From Bigelowiella natans CCMP2755 (Eukaryota; Protista; Cercozoa), in assembly GCA_000320545.1 (NCBI GenBank), contig ADNK01001569.1, forward strand, positions 6,376 to 70,375: a stretch of DNA of 64,000 nucleotides, given 5' to 3'. The translations under genes and the position numbers were made by a program. Within the stretch, counting starts at the first letter, position 1, and each line of letters starts with the position of its first letter. Below the pieces are notes generated by a model. It saw only the letters and a program-made list of their open reading frames with translations, ran no database searches and had not been told where the DNA came from. Below, piece after piece: positions 1-11,885 of the stretch.

Positions 1-112
1 GGCCCAAAAACAAGATAACGCGAGGTCGTGAACAAGTACAACAATAAAGGCTCTTTTAGAGAAGGAAGAAAGACCTTTTATTTAAAATAGCTGTGATGTG
101 ATGCAAGGTCCA

Positions 113-155
<43 letters not shown>

Positions 156-165
156 TTAGCAGCAA

Positions 166-3100
166 TCAATAGTGGTGGCAAAATGCTACCATTCTCGGAG
201 TGCCTTTAATTTCATGCAACGAGACCATCGTAGGCACTTCCTTATCTTTTTGTGTTAGCTGCCAAAGCTTAGGCCCATACAACGCTCCACACCATGTCCA
301 TATTGCGATTGTTCCGAATATGGTGCGCACATCCAACCTATAAGCACGACTTGACTGAGGGGAGAGGGAGGGGGGAGCGCAAAGATCAGCACATTTCAAA
401 TGTTTAGGAGTTCGTAATCTGAAGCTTTCGAGGAATTTCTTAATCTGAAAAATGTGATTACTCTCGTTCTCAGATAAATAAAAAACACGCCACTTATCTT
501 CTCAACGAACTTTAAAATGATTGTGCCGCGAACATCTCCATCCATATGAAATGCGTCCATGTATTTGAAAAGCAAAAATTCATCTGAATCTCTAGAGTGT
601 TAGTTACGTTTCCGGTGATTTGCAGCACAACCATCACGAGGACACAAATGCAGAAGCCGTAAAGAGCAAACGCCATTTGCTGGCTCTCTTTGAACTTGCT
701 CCAGCTCTTTCTCGTCTGGAAGCTCAGCACTACCAATGAGCTCAAAAGGACCATGCAGTACACCAGCATAATCACTGACCACCTGATGGTGATATTGAGG
801 CGTACAACAAATTTGCTAGGTTAGTGGAAAAACTGATGTTTTCAAATGGAGGTGTGATTCTAGGAGCACTGGGGATAAAGGACGCAACGAAGCCTTTGTG
901 TTGTTATTGATTGGAGTGAAGTCGTACAGAAAAGAGCCTGATCGGCAGGTCGTGTAGTTCTTTGAAGGCCGGATGGGGTCTGTCTCGATTATTTCAGGTG
1001 ACAGCGGGTCAATGCCTTGCCATAGAACGAGAATCGCTAAGGTAGGGATCATCAGATATCCGAGGAATTTGAGGAGAGTACCATCGTCAACCTGATAGAA
1101 TAATAAAGAAGATCATGAATATGATGATGATGGTGATAAATGTACACTTGAATATAAATAATAAATAAATATATATATTTTGAATTTCTGTAGATTACCA
1201 TGCATGATCTCAATATAATATATATATTATATATATATATATATATATATTTAATATGCGATATGCAACTTGCATTACTATGATGCCTCATGACCTTGAG
1301 GGAAGTGATATTCACGGCATGCTCCAGTGTGGAGAATATCTTCATAATTCGCCAAAGCTTAACTGCAATTGGCCCGAAGAACAGCGTGAATCCAATTCCC
1401 AAGAGCCAAGGTCGGCAACCACAGGTTATTTCGTTGTTTTCCAGTCCTAAAAGTATCAGTGACGAAGAACGTCAAATACGGCACGATGCTGGTACAAGTA
1501 TAATTCTAAGGCCTGACTAAGGGTGTTCTTCACGGTTTTTCGTGGTAGTAAGCTCACGCTTACAATAAAGCTATGTGCTGATATGTGACATCGTATTCGC
1601 ATCATGATTATCCATACGGAGTGCTATATCACACACAATTAGACACTTCTTTGTCTATCACCCCATGTCAGCATCGAAAGGTCCAGCATCAGGAGGCCAA
1701 GCAGCGATAACGTGACGAAGAGGACACTGACAGCTTTGATTACTGGCGGAATTGAGCAGTAGCAGTAACGAGCAACAGAGGGATATTAATGATGAGTACT
1801 GCTGTGAGTATTTTCATTCATAGTGCACTATGCAAGGAAATAAATTCTGACCTGGATCGCCTCGATGTGCTATCAAGATGCCGATGAGAGTCAAGATCAT
1901 TACGGAGTTTATCACGACCATAGCAAGCATCACCTTCTCAGACTCCGTGTTGAACAGCTTTTTGGTGTATCTGATTACGATAGAAACATAGAGTCACGAC
2001 ATGGGTTTCGAGGGGGGTCCCTGCCCTTGGCCCCGCCGTTTAAACAACTACAGAAGAAACAATTGGTACATGGAATTCTCTGCAATCCTATTCGGCACTC
2101 ATCATGATAAATATCGCCTCCATAATCATCAACAATCTTCCATCACCACGGAAAAAAAACGTCCATTACACTCTCTCATCCCAAGTAGGTATGGGGTAAA
2201 TAACGCCGGAGGTGTCGGTACTCAATGGATATACGATTTGAGCGAAGTTGTTTTGGTCGTATTGAATTACAAGCATCTACCCAAAGAATTTAAAACAAAC
2301 AACGGAAGCAAATGAATAGGGCAAGAAGAAAATGGGTTAGTCAATCAGTCGATCTGTGCAAATTATACTCAATTCCTTTAAGCCTAAATCAATCACCTCT
2401 TTGGCCTCATTCGCTCCAAGACGACTTCCTTCAATCAAACCGTAATACGACGGCTGTGAAATGTCATTAAGCGCCTCGAGAGTCTTGTGCGTTGCATTGC
2501 TCTGCGCTCGCTCCACAGCATATGCGAGAGAGTACAGGGTAGCCATTGACCCCGCAGCTTGATACGAGGGTGAGACTCCGGAATACGCACGATATGCAGC
2601 ATCGAATTCTTCTGGAGCACGCACGCCGTTGGTTTGATTGAAAAGCCGGATAACCGAAGACGTTGTCTGCTCAGTGCAACCGGAATCGGTGCATCTGTAG
2701 AGCGCATGTGTGTGTGTGTGTGTGTGTGCGCGCGCGCGTGTTTAGAAGCACGTGCAAAGTGAACATAATTGTATCAAAGAGCGTCATTGCAACTAACATC
2801 TCTCTCCCACTAACCCCCCCCCCCCCCCCCTCTCTCTCTGTCTCCTTCACGAACTCTCTACATGGCGTGTGTATTGCCCATTTTGCTTTAGTTGTTCGCT
2901 ATTATGTGGTTGTTCTATAACAGTTAGTTAGCCTACCGTGGATCCCACTGTACGGGGCCAGCAATGTAATTGAACTTACTGCCGAGCGTCTCCTCTACGC
3001 TCTGCGTGCCAACGCATACAGAGAGTGCAAGAAAGTTGGGCAGATAGTTGCGGTCATATGCTCGAGTCATGAATTCTGAGCAAGTGCGAAAAAGTAGCAA

Positions 3101-4079
3101 GACAAATATTTGAATTAGATTCGCAAAAGGATATGGAGGCAAAATAATGTTTCTGGTATTTTGTCGTTTAATGGCTGCTGTTATCGAAGTAGAGAGATGG
3201 CACCCGTGCACGCGGTGTTGAGAACGCATCCAACGACGACGTCAGGCTTATTGGATTCCAACTGCTCGAAAAGCCCTTCGAAGCTGCTATCGCTCGTGTG
3301 GTCTAGAGGGTATAGGTCATACACCTGTACAGCGTAATAGCAAGATGGTGATGGTATCTTTGCTATGTTGAATGACTAATGTTTAAATAGCAGCGAAGCA
3401 ATAGTATGCTGCTTCCAGATGTAATGGGATTTCCATGCAAAACAAGTTTGAAGTACGAAAACAAATGACGCATAAAAAGTGGCGCAACGCAGTGCAACGA
3501 CTACATCAAAAGCCGACCTTGTCAAAATCAAAGAAGGAAGCAGAGAGGAAAGCTTGTTCGCACATGGTCTGTGAGAACAGCCCACTTTGGTGGAAGAAAG
3601 CAATAGATTCGGCCCCGTTTAGCTTAGTGAGCTGCACCACAGGTTCCATATACTGCGAACTCAGGTTTATCACCCCAAAGAGTCCCGGAAAACGACGCTG
3701 CCCGACCACCTAAAACGAAGGAAGAAGAAGTAGGAGGAGAGAGAACAGAGGAGTAGGTTGATATCATAGCAAACCCGAGCTGCGGCTACCAGTATGACTT
3801 CAACTACCTTGTCGGTACAACCGTAAGATGCCGCATTTGAAGGCAGGCAGCTGAAGACTGCTTCTGATGCAGCCCCGCCAGCAAGGACAATCTCATCGTA
3901 AGGATCGCACGCTATGGCCACTGTTTGCGTCACTCCAGACGAGAATGGGGAGAGGATGAAGTTGAAGTCGCCTGCAGAGTGGTGATTGGAGCAAAGAGAA
4001 GGGTAGATCAATGATAACATACAACGCATCAAAAAGGTAACAAGAGAATCCGTGGTTTCATGTACTCTCGCTCCACACA

Positions 4080-4118
<39 letters not shown>

Positions 4119-4711
4119 CTTCTTGTGTTTGTGTGCTGATGTGGCTTAAATGTAGAAACGTCGTGGTTGCATACAATAATTATCGACGTATTCAATTTTT
4201 TTGAATACCGAGGCTGCCTTCACACATAGACCTTGCCACCTGGGTAACGTACGTCGAGTTACTTCCAGACCCAACATCCGCATATGTAAAGTGTATGTCT
4301 TCAATCTGAGTGATCCCGCTTACACCTATGCGAGCGAAACAAATGACACAATTTCCCTCAATAAGAATCTCCTAAACGCTGATTGGACTGCGCTGACGCA
4401 CCTGAGTCGGCTAACAGTTGTTGCCTGAAAATCTGGGTGACGTTATATGTCTCTTGTGCGCGCCACGCCCGTGAACCGACAGATGTCACGTCAGAGCCAG
4501 TCGCTCTGAAGAATATTGATGCGTGTTTGTGTGCTGAAGCCTTCATTGTACACCCGTGCACTCGGTTGTGTGTTTGGATGTTTGCGCATATGCAATTTAA
4601 CAATTCTTACGTGTAAAGGACTCCCACAGAAAGGTTGAAACTGGCATGAACGTTGAGCACATTTGCTGCCAGGCCCAGTAGAAGGAAGAGGACCGAAGGC
4701 AGATTATACAT
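166..4711 (-). CDS. Class C (GABA-B-like) GPCR: signal peptide, LivJ-like periplasmic-binding (Venus flytrap) domain and 7TM_3; multi-exon, 3' end approximate
   Basis: ATG at 4711 opens a signal peptide, MYNLPSVLFLLLGLAANVLNVHA. Flytrap exons: FILSPFSSGVTQTVAIACD..VLAGGAAS (3800-3960), PSYQAAGSMATLYSLAYAVERAQS (2480-2560), IVYPLSTDTSGVIYPIPTWDER (about 2180-2260). TM exons: CRPWLLGIGFTLFFGPIAVKLWRIMKIF (TM3, about 1330-1420), LVLWQGIDPL (TM4), FQTRKSWSKFKESQQMAFALY (TM5-6), CGALYGPKLW (TM7). These match GABA-B/7TM_3 patterns. Confidence 0.88.
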
Positions 4712-5699
4712 CCTCTGCAAATTCAGGTAGACTCAGATCGAATACACAACTTCATCTCCTCCAATTTAAGGAAATAAAGTATAGGGTGTAAGCTAGCGAT
4801 GCGAATGTTCTGTTGCGGAAAACGGCAATCTCACCTCTCTATTTGATGTTCAAAAAGGTTCCCAACGGATTCGAGTAGATATCGTGTTCCCTCAAAAATA
4901 CCTCTCGAATACGAAAACTAAATCATATGCCCTCCCTTTCGTTTTCTGATAGTAAAAAGAAAAGATAGTACTTGGGGGGGAGAGGGAGTGCACCACCACG
5001 ATGTAGGAAGGGAACCGATACTGCGAGCTGGAAAGCTCTGGTTAATCCAAGACTAATCGTGAGCGATACGGAGATGAAAAGAATGGGGTATATTTAAAGA
5101 GACAAATAATATAGATTTAATTTCCGCAAATACTACGTGTTTTCGCCATCGAATGTAAGTTATATCTCGTAAGGTTTGATCTGAGAATCTGGGGTGGGCA
5201 GACCGAGAGACGAATGGCGTTTTTCTGCCTAACAAGCCTGATTGAATGGAAGCTCCGTGGAAAACCATCGTTGAAATTCGGTTGGAAGGTCAGTTTCTTC
5301 CCGTTACAATCCGAAAATTTCCTTGAAAACCATGGAAACGATGTCTTTACGGCCCAAATCCTATGGATTTTTCCCACCACAGTTCAATTATGGCGTTTTT
5401 ACCTCAATTTAGAGTGTATACACGCAGCACACGTGCCTGCGCTCGTATGCATGTATTCGAGTGAAGGAAGATATTGCTCCCATAATTCCACGTCGCGCAT
5501 AATACAACCAACAATGCATTCCTGTCAAAATAATACACTAAGAATATCTCTATGCAGCATATTTTTCTTAGGTTCACTGCAGATTTGTTTACCTGCACTA
5601 CGCAGATAAAAATGAATTTTTATAGGATGATATATTGAACATTTTTAGTCTTGTTATTGTTGATGAAGGGATGATGAAAAAGATGATGACGATCACGGA

Positions 5700-6630
5700 G
5701 ATTCTCCCCCTCCCAATCAGATTCATTTGGATGAAGAACTGCTAAATTTTACGAGTATTAATGCATGTACAATAGATGCTGCTGTCGCCAATCTTCTTCT
5801 TTTATATTTCCATGGAAGAAAAGAGCTAATGATGTTGTGGGTGACTAAGTAGTAATCCTGGAATAGTGTTATCTTTCACAATGTTTAAATTAATGTGACA
5901 TGGAATACTCCACTGCTTCTGAACCTATCTTTCCACGTGACTGCCAGTTTGTGAGATTTTCAGTCCATAAAAGACTATTCCGAGATGCCGTGGGTGATTC
6001 CATTCAAATTGAAGGTGATCCTAAAAATATCAGTCTCCCTCCTTGGAGAGCATATCTGCATCTATCTTGCACCTGATGCTTTCCCGATGAACAATAGGTG
6101 GACTTCTCGAGGGTGAATACATCCCCTAAGAATAATTCAGAGAAGAAGCAAACGAAGAAGAAGAAGAAGAAGAAAAAAGAGGGTCGAATCCGGAAAAAGT
6201 TCCGGGGGTTTGCATCTGATGTTCTAGAGAAAACAGCATCAATCTTTGCTCGACACGAACAGGTACTGCATCTGCTACTGACTAACACATTGGCGATAGT
6301 AACAAATATAATAAAATCATCTTATTATCATGCTTATATCGAAGAAAATCCCAACGACAATACAATTTTTTTAGATAACTAACGTCTACAAAACACACAC
6401 ACACGCACATACCTACTGTTATATGCCCGGTAAGATCGCGGAATCAGAGTTCTTCGTGCTCCAAAAACGAAAGAAGGAAAATTCGAATAAACCTCCCTAT
6501 CGCATTCTTACACGGCGAAAACCGGTAACTTGAGACGAAGATAGAGGATTGGAAGATGAAGATGATGATATGATAAAAAGTGAAAGAACGAGAAATATGT
6601 ATCACTTCGTACAATTTTCCTACCTTGTGC

Positions 6631-6673
<43 letters not shown>

Positions 6674-6950
6674 CTATCTTCTATATTTATATATTGCGTC
6701 TCTTCCTTTCTGAAACAACTCGAAGTCTTACAACGAATTCCTAATCTTCGTCAGATCTGCTGCATTGCGTACTCACACACTGAGGTAAATGTCATCATAC
6801 AGCATAAAAAGTAGTGATGGGCTTCAACGTAAGGATCTTGGCTCTGATTTTTTTTACAGGAACAAATTTTCACTCTGTGGCACTACTGTAGCGAGATTCT
6901 GCCAGCTAAAATGCCTTCGTCAACCAACAGCAAAACCATCAACAAGTAGT
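5700..6950 (+). CDS. Probable upstream exons of the 7162-8817 gene (structure unresolved)
   Basis: AG/GT-bounded open segments: VDFSRVNTSPK..ASDVLEKTASIFARHEQ (about 6089-6261), IAESEFFVLQKRKK..RRKP (about 6434-6523), EQIFTLWHYCSEILPAK (from about 6861). The last splices in phase onto WLRGHFTML of the long ORF. I could not close the full phase chain. Confidence 0.4.
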
Positions 6951-7161
6951 ATTAGATGAATGACGAGAGAAAAAGGGAAAAGAACCCATGCTTTTGAAGG
7001 ATAAATAAACATGAAGATATTGCATTGTAACATCTGGAACGAACTAGTTACACTCGAGAGCATAATCACATTTTTTTTTTTATCTTTATCGATCGCTACC
7101 GTCATGATTCATCGTAGTATTGACTTCATCGTAGTAACTTTGATTTGAAATTATTATTCGC

Positions 7162-8817
7162 TTGATCATCAGATGGCTCCGCGGCCACTTCACGATGCTT
7201 GCAATAGAGGAATCGCCGAGCCATCCTAGCAGCACCGATAACCCCCAAGACCGTGACCTCCTCTCCCCACGACAATATAACTTTCTTTCCAACGGCGGGA
7301 AAGTAGGGGGGAGGGGACACAACCATGGTGGCGCAGCTGGAACGGCAAATCGGGGCCAAACTGCTGCCTCTGACATGGCAATGGATAGCTCGATAGCAGA
7401 GAGAAGGAAGGGAGTGCGAGGAGGCGATGGGAAGAAAAGGAGGAGGGGTGGGGGGGGAGGGGTGATGAGTCAGCAGATGCGGAAAAGTCCACGAAGCGGC
7501 GGCGACGAGAGTTTCGACCATAAGGATGGCAGTAGCGATGATTTGAAAAGCAAGCTCGAGTCGCCATATGCGGTGGTGGAAGGAGCCGCAGTAGCGGGGG
7601 GAGCAGATCAATCAGAGGTGCCGGCAAGAAGTAGTAGAAGAAGAAGAAGCCAGCTTGACTATTACCCGATGACGAGAAACAACAACAACAACAACAACTT
7701 CAAGAAGACCATACCGATCAGCGGCGAAACAACATATGCCCTGATACTCTCTTTCAGCTTCCTGGGCATCCTGATCATCCGAGAGGTACACGCCTACCTC
7801 CTCCTGCTGGGCCTGGCGCTCATTCTGGCCGCTATGCACAGCTTCCTTGCGAGTGATGCGGTTATCCGGTCAATCCTGCGTTTGAATATCGTCACTTCCA
7901 AGACCAAGTTCAGGCTGCTCACGAAGACAGGCAGGCTTATCCCTACTACGCAACAGCCACCCGATAATGATAATACGGTGAGAGGGGGGAGGCAGAGATT
8001 AGTAGGAGGAGCGGCGAGTCCTCTCGATGGAGCTTACCGCTACGACCGCAATGACAATCCCCTCTCCCCCCACTCTTTTGACCATGACGGCCCGCATGAA
8101 ACTCCGAGGCCTGGCGTGATGATGATGGGGAAAGATAAAGGCCGGCTCAAGGGTCATGGCCGAACAGCAGGGAACATGTACAATGAGAAAGACGAGGATG
8201 AACAGCTTCTCCCACCCTCCCCGCCCCTCCCCGTTCCCCTTATTCGCACCCATTCCCTATCTTCGTTCACCTCCAACCCATCCAGACCAAGCTCTCCATC
8301 ATCATCATCAGTGGTGCCGGCCGCTGCTCCCTACCGTCAAGCACCGCACAGTAACAGTAAAGCCCCTTCATCCTATCAGCATTACAACAACGACACAGCG
8401 CCCGACCTGGTAGACGTGCAAATAGACGTGTTTCCTTGCAGAGAATTCGTTTCCTCCCCCGCCAATAATCGTCAACATCACCACCAGCAGCCAGACGTTG
8501 GGGAGGGGGAGCTTGGAAGTAGCCCCCCCACAACGAAATCGGCGGCGTTGACGTGTGTAGTCAATTTTGATATATTTGTCGAGGGTGTAAGTGCTAGGTC
8601 GTACTGCAAGAGAATGGATAACCACAAAGATGGTAATCAGATTATGACAACTGCTGCATCTGCTGCTGATAGTGGGGGCTTCGTTGGTGAGGGCAGTGCA
8701 ATACAAACCAGTAGCATGAGAAATATGATGGAGCCTATACTCAACAAAACAGTCAGGAGAAGGAATAGTCGCAGAAATTATTCGATTTCTGGTAGTATTG
8801 CTGAAGGTGATAGCTGA
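7162..8817 (+). CDS. Hypothetical membrane protein: large terminal exon with two hydrophobic helices inside low-complexity sequence
   Basis: Uninterrupted 551-codon ORF, far longer than chance here. TM pair YALILSFSFLGILII / AYLLLLGLALILAAMHSFL at about 7730-7850. AG acceptor at about 7171 (catcag|atggctc) suggests upstream exons. I recognise no family. Confidence 0.75.
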   Translation: MIIRWLRGHFTMLAIEESPSHPSSTDNPQDRDLLSPRQYNFLSNGGKVGGRGHNHGGAAGTANRGQTAASDMAMDSSIAERRKGVRGGDGKKRRRGGGGGVMSQQMRKSPRSGGDESFDHKDGSSDDLKSKLESPYAVVEGAAVAGGADQSEVPARSSRRRRSQLDYYPMTRNNNNNNNFKKTIPISGETTYALILSFSFLGILIIREVHAYLLLLGLALILAAMHSFLASDAVIRSILRLNIVTSKTKFRLLTKTGRLIPTTQQPPDNDNTVRGGRQRLVGGAASPLDGAYRYDRNDNPLSPHSFDHDGPHETPRPGVMMMGKDKGRLKGHGRTAGNMYNEKDEDEQLLPPSPPLPVPLIRTHSLSSFTSNPSRPSSPSSSSVVPAAAPYRQAPHSNSKAPSSYQHYNNDTAPDLVDVQIDVFPCREFVSSPANNRQHHHQQPDVGEGELGSSPPTTKSAALTCVVNFDIFVEGVSARSYCKRMDNHKDGNQIMTTAASAADSGGFVGEGSAIQTSSMRNMMEPILNKTVRRRNSRRNYSISGSIAEGDS

Positions 8818-9039
8818 AATACTGATGGTGTGCATACTCGAGAGGTCAATAGAGGAGGAATAGGATTTCAAGAGATGTGAAATTCATATGATGTAACTTC
8901 CTGACAAAAATAACTTATTATGTAAATAATGCTGCGCATCGTGGTTTTGAATTTCAAAATGGAAGTTGCACGTATGTGTACCTTATTAAGAAATGGGGCG
9001 AGAGGCGAGTGGCCTTTAAACAATAGTATATATCTGGAT

Positions 9040-9720
9040 ATAGGCGTTCATCATGCGCTGCTTGTCGCCGCTAGACTGTACTAGCGTAAAGCGCAATATC
9101 GACTGATCTAGTGATGTATAGGTACATGTGCCACCGTTAGAACATTACCCCGACCATCGTGCATCGTGCTAGCGGCGCGCTACGCGCACGTAAGGGATCT
9201 AAATTTTAGTGAAATGACAGTACTTCTACTAGCTAGCTAGGCATATATTGCCGCATTGCACCCACTTGCTTTAACGATATACACACAAACATGCATATGT
9301 TATATGCAGATCTAGTTTATAATGTTGAATTCTGTAGCACAATCGACTGCGCACACAATGCTGCGTAATTGAGCTAGTGAGCCTCGATGCGAGGTCGTGA
9401 ATCCACTTAGCTGTGCAGTAACTATTGCTTGTACGCATGCGATTCAAAATATGCCTAGTTGTGCCATTGCATTGTGTGCGCTGTGGGGCGTGTGCATGTC
9501 AAAGCTAGAAAGGCTACTTGACTAGTGTAGCAAGCTGCTGCCTTGCTCGCTTGGCTGGAGCAGACGTACAGATATCGGATGCCGATTTACGTCTACGGCT
9601 GTATCTAGGCGTATACCATGTCTACCAACACCATGGCGCAGCGTTGATTTAAGGGATTCCTTATCCATAGATCTTAGTTCAAATAATTGTGGTACAAAAA
9701 CATAATCTTGTCTTCTCAGT
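9040..9720. repeat. Palindromic-word (CTAG/AGCT/TGCA/CATG) tract between convergent gene ends
   Basis: CTAGCTAGCTAG at 9229-9240; many ctag, gcatgc, atgcat and gcgcgc words. Confidence 0.7.
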
Positions 9721-10040
9721 GGTCTATGCACTACAGCATATACATGCAATATAATAATCATCTTACACATAGAGATAGCATTCTTAGTGCGGCTCAGACA
9801 TGTCTCTCCTCACTCCCTGCCTCAACTTTCTTCTGCTCCTTCCTTTTGTTCGGGTTTCGACTGGATAGCGCTATTTCTATGATATCCGAGGCAAACAATG
9901 CTGAAATTACGCCACAAAGATAGGAATCTTCCCGTAACCCCATGCCCACTTCTATCTACGGAAGGGTCCCTTCCGCAGAGTAGAAGACATATTCGCAAGA
10001 ATTAAAATGGGAAACTCTGTTCGGATATGATGCTACCTAC

Positions 10041-11842
10041 CTACACCACTGGAGATGTTGACGGCCATTTTGGAGCTCCCCCCACGCACAACGGAAGCAG
10101 GTCTTGCCGCTTCGGATTGTGAGGGGGTAATCCTATCACCTGGACTCCCACAGGGATTCTCAAAATTGCCGAACGGATTAGCCTCGGAGTGGTTCTTGCG
10201 ATGAAGCTTCACATCTACGATCTACAATGCAATGTTGCGAAAGAGGTATATTATTTTCCTACTAGTTGCCATCTGAAAATATAGCGTGTTTCCTTTCTTC
10301 TGCGAGATTTGTAGCAAGTTTAATTCAAACTCATCCTGCTTGACGATGTAAATTCTATTTCATAACTATGTATATAAAGCAGGGAAGCGACCTCTTTATT
10401 GTGCTGAAAAGGAACACCATGCTCTGCCACATCCAATCCAAGCTTTTCAGCACGTGGAGACACGCGGAGGATTCCCGCCCACTGAAGAGGAAAGAAAATC
10501 AACGATGCTGTACCCAAGCTCCAAGCCATGATGCACAAAATGCCAATGAGCTGATTGCGAAACTGGTTTCCCGACTTCAGCGCGTTGTTATCAAAGCCGT
10601 ATGCACGGAGAATGTTCACCCGTGTGGCAAACATCCCGACTGCGAGATTAATGATAATGGTGTGAGAATATGGCGGGGCTAAAAAGCTGTAACGGGAGAA
10701 TTTAGGTATGTGTGTGAATGCATACCCGAGTGTGTGCTTTCTACCAGTATTGAAAAGGTGAAATGGACGCATTATAGTGTGTGAGTGTGTGTGCTTTCGT
10801 AGACCTGCCAAACACCCCCACGTTCCAGAAGCGCCATGCACAGCAAATGCATCAAGTGGGTCATCAACTAGGTGTGGGGTTGGAATAGAAAGGGATTGAC
10901 ATAGAATGAATGCAATAGTAAGAACCACTTATATTCAGGGTCCATCATGTTCATTTTGCATGAAAAGGGGAGAGGGGTAAGAGCGAAGACGTTTGGCCGA
11001 AGTATACAACCCTCCCTTTTTCATCTACCTCTACCTTTCATCATCTTGACTGTAGCTGAGGCACCTAAGTAAAAAAAAGAGCCAACAACTCCGATGACAA
11101 TTGCGGACCATGGATGGACAACCTAAACGATGATGATTAAATGTTCAATTTCGAAAAGAGTAGTAGGAGTCGTGTCTACAAAGATGATGGGAAGAAACAC
11201 TTATGTGAGAAGATATAAAGATCAGCCACTATGATTATTTGCGAATAAGCAGTGGTAGTACCGCACATCCTGCGGTGATAGAAACCAAGCCAGCGAGTAA
11301 GCCGTTCAGGCAAAACGCCTTTAAAACAACAATTCTGAGAACAAATCTATGAACACAAGTATCTTGGAAATATGCCAACATCTTCTCTCTATGGGATGGA
11401 GAGGAAAATGTCACATCGTATTACATTTTCAAAGCTACCACTCCCCTACCACCTATCTTCTTATTCCTGTTTCTATCTTTTGGTATCTGAGCTGCTATTT
11501 GTTGATAGTATAGTGGCAGAGGACAGAAGACCAGGTCATAATATCCTTGGGATAACTTCGAATAGATTGCTGCACAAAGATAAATAGAGAAGAAGATGAT
11601 TCAGTAGGATAAAGAAGAAAGGATTTGATGCGTTAACTCGCGCATATACGAGAGCATCGATTTTTGGTCTCTGTAGGTGTAAATTCTAGAGTCAGAATTT
11701 CATGGGTACAACCATTTTATAATGCATTATCTAACACCTCAGCAATAAGGACATTTCATCATTAGAGCAGAAATCACTATATTCTTTCCCTTATTTTCTC
11801 CCATTGAAAGAAATTACAGAAATAAAATGGGATAGACAGTCG

Positions 11843-11885
<43 letters not shown>

